The notes below the pieces were generated by a model. That model worked only from the letters and a program-made list of their open reading frames with translations. It ran no database searches and was not told where the DNA came from. From contig OZ024741.1 of the NCBI GenBank assembly GCA_964016885.1, forward strand, positions 102,672,001 through 102,736,000: DNA of 64,000 nt, written 5' to 3'. The position numbers were made by a program, and so were the translations under genes. This DNA is from Eledone cirrhosa (lineage: Eukaryota). Shown here in pieces: positions 25,086-38,391 of the stretch. The first letter of the stretch is position 1; each line of letters opens with the position of its first letter.

Positions 25086-25661
25086 TATTATATTTATTAT
25101 ATTTTATTGTTTTATTTTTTATTTTTCTTAATTTATAGATACATTTATATTAGGCAGTCTGCTCAGACAATTGAATACTGACCCCTCCCCCCCCTCCCAC
25201 CTAATTTCTGTATCTTGATCTTGAAATGTGTGTGCCAGTGTTTTATGTGAGTGACTTAATTTCTATGTGCTTATGATTTTATATCCACATATATAAATGT
25301 GAGTGGGGGAGTGTGTGTGTTTGTATGTTCGTGGTTATGTGTATATTTATGCATATACGCGCATGTATGTGTGATTATACTGATATGTGTGAGTATGAAA
25401 AAATATATTTATATGCTTGACTCCATAAGTATCAATGCGCATCTTATCAGCGCATTAAGCTTACAGAGATATTAACCTTGAAATTTTGTGTTTGCATCCA
25501 TCTTTTTAGTATGCGTATACAAATTATACACACATTTTTGTAAAATATGTGTAAGGATTTTACATGTATATACACACACCGAACTGCTTTTAACCCTTTG
25601 TGTTTTCATTGGTCAATTTTGAACTGATATTTTGAATTGTTGTTATTATCAATAAATATAC

Positions 25662-25816
25662 TTCATTATTTCTGAAGACGGCGTATATATGTGTTAGGTA
25701 TGTATATTTAATCTTGATAATTTGTATAATTTTGTATAATTTTGTACATAGATCTGTTGAATATGCATACCAATTATAACACATATATACCCTAGAAACG
25801 ATCGTTAAATAATGAA
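25662..25816 (+). ncRNA. Type I hammerhead with 116-nt stem II domain
   Basis: Perfect 10-bp stem I TTCATTATTT/AAATAATGAA, CTGAAGA, GTATATATGTGTTA/TAACACATATATAC helix, GAAA, palindromic CGATCG, GUU triplet. Confidence 0.8.
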
Positions 25817-26067
25817 CTTTTTTTGTTTAATATAAGGAATTGTTTATTCATTATTTGTTTAATATTTTATCTTGACTCTGTATACCGTTTATCTTTCACC
25901 GAAAGTGGATTTTCATTACATCTCTTCTTTCCATGATATCCGGAATACATTGAGTTCTTCATACGGATTGGACACTACCGTAAACTCTTGGTAGATTTAT
26001 CTACATATATATATATATATATATATATATGTTTATATATATATGTGTGTGAGTATATATATATCTA

Positions 26068-26335
26068 TCTATACATATATATAAAATTGTAGTTGTCTGT
26101 GTGTGTCCCCTCATTTTTGCAAAGTCTATACAAATCCACATTTCTACTCCGATTGACTTCAAATTTGCATTTATATATTCCTTGCCGTCTAAAGATTTTA
26201 ACTGCAGCATTTATTTTTCAATTTTCTGTTGTTAAAGGGGTGTTAGGCGCCGGTTATCGATCTCCGTCGCGTACTTATAATATCTGTCTGTATGTCCGTT
26301 GTCTGCATAATGACATTATGACCAACACATCATTG
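26068..26335 (+). mobile_element. Non-autonomous Helitron 5' end
   Basis: A|TCTATACATATATATAAAA.TG..GTTGTCTGTG...; homologous to 44940-45185 (-) and 30268-30335 (-). Confidence 0.65.
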
Positions 26336-26450
26336 TTGACGTATTATCTTTGCCACATTCACACACACACATACACACACACACATATATATATACATAT
26401 ATATATACATATACATGTACATGTATATGTACATATATATACATATACAT

Positions 26451-26613
26451 GTGGTTTTTGCCACGAATGTCCCTCGGAAGTTTCCCCTCTAATGGACAAT
26501 TTTTGTTGTTTGAATTTTTTGATATCTCTATCTTCTTGTTATAACCTTTTTTACACGGCTAAAACCCACGCTGGAGAGAACTCCTCCATGGATCTCGTGT
26601 ATTTTACCCGCCC
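26451..26613 (+). repeat. Chimeric repeat X ending in an RTE 3' terminus
   Basis: Inverted copy at 29476-29640; last ~45 nt match the RTE end at 10791-10836; (GATA)n tail. Confidence 0.75.
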
Positions 26614-26694
26614 TAGATAGATAGATATATTTTTATGTGTAAATTTATATATATATATATGAAATATAAGAATCAAAGAACTGTTCAAAACATT

Positions 26695-26747
26695 ATTGTG
26701 CTTACAGCTGTTTCCTCCAAACCGAGGTTTGGTTTCTTCGGAGCAAT
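26695..26747 (-). ncRNA. Minimal hammerhead, inverted copy (U4C core)
   Basis: Reverse complement of 29016-29068. Confidence 0.65.
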
Positions 26748-27215
26748 TTATTAATGCATGGACAGTTATATGACCTCCTTTTCAGCCGAGAGACATACCA
26801 ACACATATTCAAACATTGATACATATTCAAACATTGTGGGTCAACATTCATTACAGAATTTAGAGTGGCAGTACACACTTCGAGATTACATTTATATTAA
26901 TAGGTACAATCAAAAATCAAAGATATAGGTTAAAATACAACATGAAGATAAGCGGTTATATAGTGCAAATGTTATATGTGTGGCACGCATGTGCGTCTTG
27001 TTTATATAGTGTGGCAGAGAGATATGTGTGGTAGAGGCACTTAGGTAGGTAAATAAGAGTGTTAGGTTGGTAGATCTGGTGGCAAATTCTTTATATGATT
27101 GATATAGTCTGTGTGTGGAGAAATATTATAAGCATTAAAGATAGTGCAAGCATTAAAAGTATTATAAGTAATGGAGATGCACAGCGCAGGGATGTCAAGT
27201 ATTTCATGTACTTCG

Positions 27216-27607
27216 GCATATACTAATGCACCGTCACGACTAATAACTCTTCAGAAACCTATGTAGGCTCCACTTCTAACTGCTTCAAAATCAGATATAA
27301 TTCGCACATCCACTCGTTCAAAAAGCACAGCCTAGCCAACTCCACCTCACTTTCTAGCTACATACACTATCTAAAATCTAAAAATAAACCATACACACTC
27401 AAATGGGAAGTGATAGGAAGCGCGACCTCATACAAACCACCTAATAAATTCTGTAACCTCTGTATACTAGAGACACACAATATTATCTTCTCCAACCGTA
27501 ACCTACTTAACAAAAAATCTGAGGTGTTTGCAACTTGCCAGCACCGCCTCAGACATTCCTTCCAAAACTTTAAGCCCAATATATGGCAATGTCGGACTGG
27601 AACCTAA
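27216..27607 (+). pseudogene. GIY-YIG endonuclease fragment
   Basis: IY*CTVT..TYVGSTSNCFKIRYNSH..W..CNLCILE..LLNKKSE..CQH. Confidence 0.85.
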
Positions 27608-29015
27608 CACCACATCTAGCATCAAACACCAGAGACACACCTTATACTACATACCCAACACTAACTGATCCATTATAACACAAACAATGACATCCCTCTG
27701 GAACCCTTCGCAGGGAGAATACCCATTTATACCTCTGCGGCAGGTGTGACAACATCCACCCACTTGAACGGCACTACACCGCTCTAAGGGTAATTTGGGC
27801 ATGAATTGATCGGTTGGATAGTGTTGTGCAGAGGAAACACCTTCCTTAGACGGATGTAAAATGATTTAATCGAGTAGCGCTGTTGACCAGTAGGACCGGA
27901 CTGCTGAGCGCAGTGGGTGAATGCATTCTAACTGCCGTATATGGATGATCTGACGGTCAGAGAGGGGTCGCGAGGACTGTGGATTGACCTTTGGCCGGCC
28001 TGGGGATAATTATCTTTCGACATCAAATGTAGCAAGCGATGACCCATATCTTACCAGAGATCATTGGGTCCTGAAGCAAGCCTGCAATCACCGCGCCTGG
28101 TCATATGAGCAGACTACAACCACAGAGATCATTAATTTAGAATCCTCGCTCATCATCTATAATTTCCATTTGTGGCACCTTAATATGGGTTAATCCACCA
28201 TAATAATATGATCACCTTCAGCATAACTTAATTAAACTACTCTATAGTTAATACACTTTATGCTTTAAAAATCTCTCTTGGAAGATGCGCATCACCATAG
28301 AATTTAGGGTCTATATTGGGACACATTTTAATGGCTAGATACAGAAACCCCAGAGTTACCTCCCCGCATGCATTAACTCCCCTTAGCCACACACACACTT
28401 CCGGGCGGTATTCAATGGCGTTTCTAGAAACGTAACAACCTCCTGTATCGAACTAAAGAACACCAGACTACGATCTCTAACTGGATTGCCGTGGATTATG
28501 TGAAGGGCATATAATCGAAAAATATACTCCTCTGACCATGAAAATGCCGAAGTACATGAAATACTTGACATCCCTGCGCTGTGCATCTCCATTACTTATA
28601 ACACTTTTAATGCTTGCACTATCTTTAATGCTTATAATATTTCTCCACACACAGACTATATCAATCATATAAAGAATTTGCCACCAGATCTACCAACCTA
28701 ACACTCTTATTTACCTACCTAAGTGCCTCTACCACACATATCTCTCTGCCACACTATATAAACAAGACGCATATGCGTGCCACACATATAACATTTGCAC
28801 TATATAACCGCTTATCTTCATGTTGTATTTTAACCTATATCTTTGATTTTTGATTGTACCTATTAATATAAATGTAATCTCGAAGTGTGTACTGCCACTC
28901 TAAATTCTGTAATGAATGTTGACCCACAATGTTTGAATATGTATCAATGTTTGAATATGTGTTGGTATGTCTCTCGGCTGAAAAGGAGGTCATATAACTG
29001 TCCATGCATTAATAA

Positions 29016-29068
29016 ATTGCTCCGAAGAAACCAAACCTCGGTTTGGAGGAAACAGCTGTAAGCACAAT
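29016..29068 (+). ncRNA. Minimal hammerhead (core CCGAAGA)
   Basis: TGCT/AGCA stem I, CCAAAC/GTTTGG stem II, GAAA, palindromic CAGCTG, GUA triplet. Confidence 0.65.
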
Positions 29069-29303
29069 AATGTTTTGAACAGTTCTTTGATTCTTATATT
29101 TCATAAATCATCTGATGTTTTTACATTGAGCTACTTAACTTACTGGTAATAAGGTAGTAATACAATACTGCCTACCACTATTTAGGGTGTGTGTAAAATA
29201 CTTACAACTGCTTAAGGTTTTGTATTTACATAACCATAAATAGTATAACTAATACTATATATATATGTGTATATATATGTGTATATGTGTTTGTATATGT
29301 ATG

Positions 29304-29413
<110 letters not shown>

Positions 29414-29475
29414 CATACATATACAAACACATATACATATATATATATTTACAAATAAAAATCTATCTATCTATC

Positions 29476-29640
29476 TAGGGCGGGTAAAATTCACGAGATC
29501 CATGGACGAGTTCTCTCCAGCGTGGGTTTTAGCCGTGTAAAAAAGGTTACAACAACAAGATAGAAATATCAAAAAATTCAAACAACAAAAATTCTCCAAT
29601 AGAGGGGAAACTTCCGAGGGACATTCGTGGCAAAAACCAC
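29476..29640 (-). repeat. Chimeric repeat X, second copy
   Basis: Reverse complement of 26451-26613 with scattered substitutions. Confidence 0.75.
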
Positions 29641-29734
29641 ACTAAAGACCACGGCCACCCTGACCACCAGAGCAAGCGCCCTCTCTCAGTTTTCCACTCC
29701 TCAGTCTACAGGTGCATACTCAGAGCGGGCCCAG

Positions 29735-30267
29735 TCAAGCGCCGGACATGTCCAGATGCTCGGCACCGCTCTCAAGGAATCTGAAGCAGTGACAGGAACA
29801 AAGTTAAACCAGGAAAAGTCGGTGGGCCTGTAGCTCGGCACCTGGAGAGGCAAGTCCATGCCGCCCGACAGCGGCGTGGGGCGCTGGACGGAAGGACAGG
29901 TTAAATTGCTCGGTGTCTGTTTCGGTCTGGACGTCCAGATGGAGAAAAACTGGAGCGAGGTGGCGAACAGAGTGGCCTCTCTCACCGAGAAATGGGTCTA
30001 GAAGCTGTCCCTGAAAGGTCGGGCAGAGGTGGCGAATGTGTTCATCGCATCCGTCATCTACTACCGCCTAACCGTTGTGCCTTACCCCGGCCCAACTCTG
30101 ACAAAAATGGAGCGCCTCCTCTTCCGCTTTTTATGGAAGGCACGTGCTCCCATGCTCAGACGATCCATCTGCTGTCAACACCCGTTGCGTGAAGGGTTGG
30201 GCATGCCGTGGCTGATGATGCCCAAACACGCGCTGATGTTGCGACATCTCTGGTGTTTCCTTGATGG
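29735..30267 (+). pseudogene. Tx1/L1 ORF2 fragment (post-YADD RT region)
   Basis: TGTKLNQEKSVGL, ANVFIASVIYYRLTVVP..GLGMPW; paralogous to 35710-36245. Confidence 0.88.
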
Positions 30268-30335
30268 TGCAAAAATGAGGACACACGCACACACACACAC
30301 ACACAGACAATTTCACTTTAATATATATGTATAGA
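30268..30335 (-). mobile_element. Helitron 5' end (short)
   Basis: TCTATACATATATATTAAAGTGAAATTGTCTGTG..GTCCTCATTTTTGCA. Confidence 0.6.
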
Positions 30336-30387
30336 TATACATATACAAACACATATACGCATATGTATATACACAGATACATATATA

Positions 30388-30590
30388 TTCCAGTATGTCC
30401 ATGCAGGGGCTCCCACAAGAGCTCTGAGTGCAGTGTCAACTCTGGATGCCGGTGAGCATGTCCAGCTAACCGCAGTCCTGCGTCTCCAACAGTGTCTGTC
30501 CATAGTGCATCAACATATGTTAACTTCGTTCTTCCTCTTCCAGTGTGTCCATGCAGTGTCGACTCTGGATGTCGGTGAGCATGTCCAGTT
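30388..30590 (-). mobile_element. Rearranged RTE 3' fragments
   Basis: Two permuted pieces of LAGHAHRHPE..WEPLHGHTGRGR..TYVDAL, as in 10870-11010. Confidence 0.8.
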
Positions 30591-30654
30591 CGTGAGTTTT
30601 TAACAGGCACTCACAAATAAACGTTTCTCATTGGAGGTGCTATTACCAATGTTC

Positions 30655-30685
30655 TTACATGTGCAACGCCGGGATACACTGCTAG
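30655..30685 (+). mobile_element. Helitron 3' terminus (hairpin partly lost)
   Basis: GCAACGCCGGGATACACTGCTAG|T. Confidence 0.6.
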
Positions 30686-30731
<46 letters not shown>

Positions 30732-31350
30732 TAGTTTCAGCGTTTACATCTTTATCTCATTAATTAGTAGTTCGGTGAAATAAGTATCAATCTTACTTGA
30801 AAAACTACTGGGGCCGATATGATAAAATAGAATAAAAAGTTTAATTAGTGAAGCCAATTAATAAATAAAAGAATGTTTTCATTATTCTCTTTTTAATTCC
30901 TACACAGAAGCGAAGAAAAATACAACAAAATGTGTAAATAAAAGAATTAACATCAAAAAGAAGTCAAGTTCCCCAACTGCTGTTTGCTTAACGAAGGTCT
31001 ATACATATCCAGCATATCTAGCGTGTGGGCTTCCTATTACTCAACGGTGAATGCACGTATATGCACTAGCTTAGAAGAGAGTCAGCAGTTAACACGGACT
31101 TCCAACAGTATGACGCTAAAGTTAATATTTATAGCTAACTCAATACACAACTATTTTACAGCAGGCAACAGCATTTGCATATGAAAAGAAAGAATTGCTT
31201 ACAGTTAATTTAATATAATTCTATTTTCGTATTAAATGACTACATTTTAATTATAGCAATATATTTATTTATTTTGGGTGTGTGATTGTGTGTGTAGCTA
31301 TATTACTAAACCTACTAATATATATTAGTATGATAAGACTAATGACACAC

Positions 31351-31469
<119 letters not shown>

Positions 31470-31686
31470 AGACGTGTGTAACTTCGCGGGGAAGTTTCCG
31501 TTAATTTATGTAAGAAAAAAACGTGAGTTTTTAGTTAAATTTTATATCATTGTGTAACTTGAGCCCCCGTCTGGACCTTCAGGTGGTGGATCAACTCATT
31601 TTCGCTCCTACAGGGGCGGAATATTCATTTGAAAAAATTTTTCTCCATCGAATCTTGGAAAAAATATTGAAAATTTTGATTACGTT

Positions 31687-33600
31687 ATGAACGCTGCGTC
31701 CAACGATAATGGTGGTGGAGAGGCGGTAAGACTACAAAGCTCGCAGTCAATAACGTCTTCTTCACTAGATACTATAGAGATGGAAAGACGAAATGAAACA
31801 ACACAAATGACACAAATGACACCAAACAATTCAATGACAACAAAAATAACAGCAACACCAATAATGATGATAAAAGCAACAATGATAACAACAACAAAGA
31901 AAAAAATAAAGACAACACCAATAACTCTAGCATCAAAGACAACAACAACACCAAGGAAAATACGAATAATACCAACATCGGTGACAACAAGAATAACAAC
32001 AACAATAACAACAATAATGACAACACCAACAACACGGGTTCCACAAAGAAACCAAAAATCTCCTTTGCAGAGAAAGTTCAAAAAAAGGAGGAATTGATAT
32101 ATCTCGACATAACAAATGCTGAACAACTTTTAAAGGACGCTAGGAGATATGTGACTTCCGGAAAAAATGGTGCTTTCAGCATCAATTCTCCGGTAGAAAT
32201 TCGCAAGGAAACTGCTCTCAAAACGATAGTTTTTAGGACAGTTTCCAATTCTACCCGAAAACCAGTCCAATTGTCACAGAAAGAAATTGAAGTGGTTTTC
32301 AAAAATCCAATGAATGATATTGCATTCATTCAAAGAAGCAAACTTTTTGGGAGTATTTCGGTACTCATGAAGGATCAATTGACGGCCCAAAATTACTCTG
32401 TGTCGCCAATTGCATCCAACCTGTACACCTTTTTCCCTACATACATTGGAAAAAGGACACAAAAGATCAGAATCACGAGTGTCACACCAAAGGTGAACAT
32501 ATGGTGGATACTGTGCGGCTTCATCAATTTTGATGAAGACAGAATACTGTCAGTAGGCAAGTCTCCCAGAGATGTATTCAATGGGACTAGCATTGAAGTT
32601 CTGGTGAAAATGAGCACAGAGCGAATAGCTATGATCCCACAACGTGTACTCCTGGACGGACTCACCTACATAAACTTTTCGGTTGAGGGTAGGCGGCCTT
32701 CATGTTACCATTATTTTAGCAGGGGTCATCTGAGGGCTTCCTGTCCTAAATTAATGAATAAAAAAAAGGCTCTTCTGCCGACACCCATCAAAACAACACA
32801 ACCACCAACACCACCACCACAACAACAACACCAACACACAAAAATAACCACAACAAACACAGTCCCACCCAACCCCACTCCACCTAAAACCACTGCAAAA
32901 TCACATACAGACACAACAGCTCCCCAAGACACACCCCTCCTCAATCACACAGACGATACAACAGATGAGGCTATCTCGCCATCACCCAGTGAAGACGAGG
33001 GAGAACCCCATCGCTCGAAAAGAAAGAAAAGACATCACAAAAGCAAAAAAACCAGCAAACACTACCACAAACATACAACCACCAACACAAACAACAAAAT
33101 CATCACAAACAAAACCCCCACCTCCTGAAAACAAAATACCTACAACAAAACGAAAGCACACACAAGAACTACAGACAAAAACAAACACAACACAAGAAAA
33201 TTACACTTACACTTACATAAACACTGAAAACAAAACACTAATGGAGACCATCACGAACGACCCTTCGGTGAAAACTGAAGGAAAAACTTTCGCCCACTCT
33301 ATTAAAAATAGCAAAAAACTTAACCTAAAACTGAACCTAAAACTGATTAGGGTCCCTATACAAACTTATAGGTCCCTAAAATAAACATTTGAGAAGGATG
33401 TGGGGAATTCCTGCCTGAAACCACTCAACCGCGTCCTTCTCAAATGTCTCCCCACCCAAGACACCCCCATCCCACCAGACCCCACCCCACCAAACATCTC
33501 CGTCCCCACCCCGCCGGAAACCACCACCCATCCAGACAACCCCTTCCAACACCCCCATGGAAATCGTGTGGCCTGGTCCCCAGGAGACGAGGGGTGAGTG
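31687..33600 (+). pseudogene. Tx1 ORF1 (frameshifted; degenerate CCHC knuckle, T/P-rich tail)
   Basis: EGRRPSCYHYFSRGHLRASCP; position upstream of ORF2. Confidence 0.75.
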
Positions 33601-33634
33601 ATCTCTTTTCCTCTTTTAACTTTTCAGCACCAAC

Positions 33635-36600
33635 ATGGCCAATATAAGAGTTGGATGTGTGAACGTACGCGGCCTGGGGATGCCCTGGAAACAGGGCAAA
33701 CTCTTAAACGACCTCAGGTCGCACAGTATGGATGTGGTAGCCATTTGCGAGTCCAGGATCCACAGCGAGCGACAGCTGGCCCACATCTTCGATGACTTTG
33801 AGATCTACGCATCTCTCTGTCAACCGGGGGGTGGGGGCGGAGTTGCCGTTTTGCTGCGGAAACACCTGGGCCTCGTAACACAGACGGTACATCTGGACCC
33901 GGAGGGTCGACTGGTGGTCCTAGACGTTGACGGTAGTGAAGGTGGAGCCTTCAGGCTGGTGGCCGCATATGCCCCATCAGGGACACCGCGGCCAGACTTC
34001 TTCAAACGTCTAGAGACTTTTCTGGGAACGTCCCGCTCCTTGCTTTTAGTGGGGGACTGGAATGGAATCCTAGATGCACGTTGGGACTATGTGGGTGCAT
34101 GTCCCGATAAAGGGACCGATTAATCGACCGATTAATCGACCGATTTGACCTGGCCGATAGATATCGACTAGATTTTCCGACTGCGCCACTGGACGTTGAG
34201 TAATTGTAGCGGAACATCTAGAAATTACCTAGATAGGGTTCTAGTTAGAAATAAGGATAGGGACATGTTAAACTGTCCACAAATGTTCATGGTTGCCTAT
34301 TCAGATCACAAACTAGTGACCTGCATGGCCAACCTTGATAGAACCCATAGACAAGGACCCGGCTACTGGAAGCTGAACTTGTCGTTACCGACAAGCAAAG
34401 CCTACAGTAGACGGATTAGCACTTTAGTGAAACAACACTTGACAGGGGCCATTGTCAACAACAGATGGTGGTACTCTCTCAAGAGGGCAGTTAGGTTAGA
34501 CTCGATAGTTTTTAGTAAAGAATTAGCGTTAGATAGAAATAGAACCGAGAAGGAACTGGTAGATAAAGTAGAATAGGCAATTAGAAGTGGCAACGTAGCC
34601 AGCGTGCTAGCAACGAGAACGGCCTTGGACCAGTTCTTCGACGCAAAGTACGAGGGCTGCGTTGTCAGAAGCAAAATACGTGCTCTGGGAAACGAGGGAG
34701 CCAAAGCTGTTAGTTGGGCCCCAGTGACGGAGGCAAAAAGTGGCAACAAGTCCACGATTCGGTCTTTGAAGGACCAAAACGGACGCGTGATACGTGAGCC
34801 GAAGCAGATGTGTGCGGTTTTTCAGCGGCACTTTGCTCAGCTGTTCGGGGGGCGGGGACGCCGGGAGAGGCTATGGATTTCGGTCCATACCTCGACGGCT
34901 AACCGCGACTCACGGACAGCGAGGCAAAGTTCTGCGAAAAGCCGATTTCAGCCACTGAGATAGGGGACGCGCTGAGCCAATGCGGCAAACGCAAATCTCC
35001 AGGTCTCGACGGTCTACCCTACGAATTTTACGTAGCAATGCTAGACTTATTCTCCGGTCTCCTGGAAGCGGTCTACTGAAACTGGCAACAGAACGGGAGA
35101 ATTCCCAGTTCTGTAACCGGGGGCGTGGTCACCCAAATCAGGAAGGACGAGAATAAGGGGGATGACATAGGCAACTTCCGGCCTATAACTCTGCTAAACA
35201 CAGAGTTTCAGATTTTGGCCAAGGTGTTGGCAAAGAGGCTGGCGCTTGTCGTCGAGAACCTGGTGGGAGAAGCGCAGACATGCGCAATCCCGACCAGGTC
35301 CATACACGACAACCTCCACCTCATGCGATACATCATAGAGAGGGTAGGGTGTAAACCCGGCTTCGGTGGGGCCCTGATCAACTTGGATCAGTCTAAGGCT
35401 TTCGATAGGGTTGACCATCGTTACCTGGATGCGGTGCTCGAGGCCGCAGGCTTCGGACCCGTGTTCAGGGGCTGGATTGCTGCAATGCACACCAGCAACA
35501 TCTGCTCAAGGGTCAAGGTGAACGGCTACCTCTCGGAGCCGTTCCATATTACGCAATCCATTCGACAGGGTTGCCCTCTCTCCTCCCTTCTGTACGTACT
35601 GACTCTCGAGCCACTACTGAGGAAGTTGGAGCTATTGCAGGGCATCCCTCTGGAACCGGGACTGCGGAAAGCGGCGTCGGCCAACGCCGATGACGTGACA
35701 GTAATGGTGTCGAGCGCCTCGCAAATCGAGGAAGTCGCCACCTTACTGAAGGAATACGAAAGTTTCACAGGAGCGAAGCTGAACCGGGACCAGTCCATCG
35801 GCTTGCACCTCGGATCGTGGAGAGGCAAACCGATGCCTTCCGATGGCGTCGTCGGACGCTGGACGGAAGGACCGGTAAAGCTGCTCGGGGTCTGGTTTGG
35901 TCCGGACCTCCAGGTGGAGAAGAACTGGAACGAAGTGACGGCCAAGGTGTTTGCACTCACCCAGAAGTGGGCCGAGTGCAAACTATCCTTGAAAGGTCGA
36001 GCGGAGGTGGCAAACACTTTTATAGCGTCCGCCATCTACTACCGCTTGACCGTCGTGCCTTGTCCAGCCAAAACGCTCGCCAAAATGGAACGCGCGCTCT
36101 TCCGATTCCTTTGGAAGAGGCGGGCTCCTTTGGTGAGAAGATCCATCTGCTGCCAACACCCTTCTAACGGAGGGCTGGGGATGCCGTGGTTGACGATGCG
36201 CAAACACGCGCTCAGGCTGCGGCATCTTTACGTATTCCTCACCGGACAACCGGTGTGGGCCCCGTTCGTGAGGCGAGCCTTCCCACGACTCGTCTCGCTG
36301 ACCGAGCTGCAGTCCTGGGTCAAGCAAAGACCGAGGAAAATGGGCGACTGGCACATCGAATGTGCTCAGGCGCTCACAGCCCTCTGGCAGGCGGACCCGG
36401 CGATCCGTGGAGACTCCACTTCGTCATTCTATAGAGGGTTGATCCGCAGCAAGGCGACGACGCGCTCGGTGAAACTCTAGGCGTAGAGGAAGATGAACTG
36501 GCCAGTCTGTTCGGTAGGACGTTCCGCCCGGGACCGATGGACAGCTTCCAAAAGTCCCTGGCCTGGCAGTGCTACCGAGGAGCTCTACCAGTTCGAGACA

Positions 36601-37061
36601 AGCTCTACAGACATGGGCGCCCGGGCAGGGACCCTGCAAAAGAGATCTGTCCGAGGTGCGTGCGAGACGAAGAAACCGTCGCGTACGCATTCATACACTG
36701 CCCGGGCGTCACTGACCTGTGGGGCTATGTAGAACGACTATTGTCGCGGGTGGTACCAATCCAGTTGACCACCGAGTCCATTGTCATGATCAAACCGCCA
36801 TCCTCCTTCAAAAACGAAGGAGAGGCGGTTTTCCTTTGTGTGATAGCTATGACGAAAGAGGTTGTATGGTGGACAAGGTTGAAAGGGCTGAGGTCAGACA
36901 CCTTTCTCTCCGGCCAACAACTGATTCTTTTTTCAAATACCACTTTGGAAGAAGAATCAGGATGGAGAGAGAGGTGCTGTACCCCAGCAAGTTTTATGAA
37001 AGGTGGGTGAAAGTGGCGAGAATGGCCCGAGTGAATGGGCCTTCTCTCTATATCAGCCTGT
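33635..37061 (+). pseudogene. Tx1 ORF2: APE endonuclease, RT and C-terminal zinc finger (disrupted)
   Basis: NVRGL, GDWN, YLDR, SDH, WKLN, KSPGLDG, FRPITLLN, DQSKAFDRV, RQGCPLS, ADDV, CPRC..ET..HC; several stops and frameshifts. Confidence 0.93.
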
Positions 37062-37325
37062 AGGTTGAGGAAAAGGAGGAGGAGAGGAAAGGAGTACAAA
37101 CTCTTCGTAATCCTGGAGACGAGGGTTGCACATTTTTTCGGGGGTATGTGTTACCCATATAAACTGTCTCCCCCTATTGGGGAAAATCGACTAACTTTTA
37201 AAATTCCATTTGTGATAACATTTTACACGTTTTTATTGTATGTAAACTTCCCCCTTTGTATTTGTCCCCTTCTTTTGTGCCCCTGTGGCTAATAAAGAAA
37301 TATATCTATCTATCTATCTATCTTC

Positions 37326-37407
<82 letters not shown>

Positions 37408-37827
37408 CATTAGTTTTGACACGCACATTAACATTTATATATTAGTGTCAGTTAAATAGTAACTTCTATAATCATTTTATAATTTTTAGTCTCATCACCA
37501 ATATGATTACGTCGAGACTGAAGTTATTAATAATAACATCTTGAAAATCTCGCCGATGTGTGAAGACGGTGCGTCGTGTCCTTCTGCACAACACTATATT
37601 TCATGTTGTACCATTCACTCAGCTAGATAAAAGTAGTTGCGACGACATTGATGCTAAACTTGAAAGTTATTAGCATGATGAGGACAGCGGATTGGCAACC
37701 TTTTTAGAGCGTCGGAAACATTCTTTGCAGTATTTTTCCCGTTCTTTACTTTGCCGTTTATCGATCCAGGGCCAACAAGATAAAGTACTAGTCAAATTGA
37801 GCTCAGTGGAATTTCAATCTTTGGTAT

Positions 37828-37858
<31 letters not shown>

Positions 37859-38129
37859 CACACATAAATATTGATGCAATTCAATTCAAGCACTCAAGTA
37901 CTTATTCCACATAGGAGTGACGGAGTAATTATCGAATAAGGAGTGAATTGGTACTCACAGGGGAACGGACGAAGAACCCAAAAGCACATACTTCGTCCGT
38001 TTCCCTGTCGATTCAATTTGGATTGCCTCGGAAACATAACCTTATTATGTAACAAGATGTCTGACGATGTCGCGAAACTGGCGCACAGAACAGTGTGGCC
38101 ACTTTCGCCATTGAAATATATATCACAGC

Positions 38130-38262
38130 ATTAGCATAGAGTTACTTCCCTTTATGATCTGAGTCCAAATCCCGCCGAGGTTAACTTTGCCTTTCATCCT
38201 TACGGGGTCGATAAAATAAAGTACCAGTAATGCCTGGTGCCAAAAGTAGAAACAATTATTAT
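38130..38262 (+). mobile_element. SINE family A
   Basis: Core and tail match other copies. Confidence 0.85.
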
Positions 38263-38300
38263 TAAAAGACTTGAACATCTGAAACTACTTCGCTTTTCCT

Positions 38301-38391
<91 letters not shown>

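Larger units (their letters stand above)
20218..26003 (+). mobile_element. 5'-truncated Naiad-type Penelope-like element with inverted partial pLTR
   Basis: 20218-20400 is the reverse complement of ~25685-25870. Contains an RT/GIY-YIG ORF and a 3' hammerhead. (TA)n flanks. Confidence 0.88.
26659..29250 (+). mobile_element. Truncated Naiad-type PLE with 561-bp inverted pLTR
   Basis: 26659-27219 is a near-perfect reverse complement of 28544-29104; GIY-YIG fragment between them; tail runs into (TA)n. Confidence 0.88.
31470..37300 (+). mobile_element. Near full-length Tx1/L1-clade LINE inserted in (TATC)n
   Basis: 5' UTR, ORF1, ORF2, AATAAA at 37291; TATC repeats at both junctions. Confidence 0.92.

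Noticed and set aside
27686-27720. SECIS-like ATGA-N11-AA motif downstream of the Naiad GIY-YIG (some Naiads are reported to encode selenoproteins)
   Set aside because: The 3' arm is too short for a SECIS, and I saw no in-frame TGA at conserved Cys positions of the Naiad ORFs here.
35194-37099. Antisense and alternate-frame ORFs over Tx1 ORF2
   Set aside because: Expected by-products of GC-rich coding sequence.
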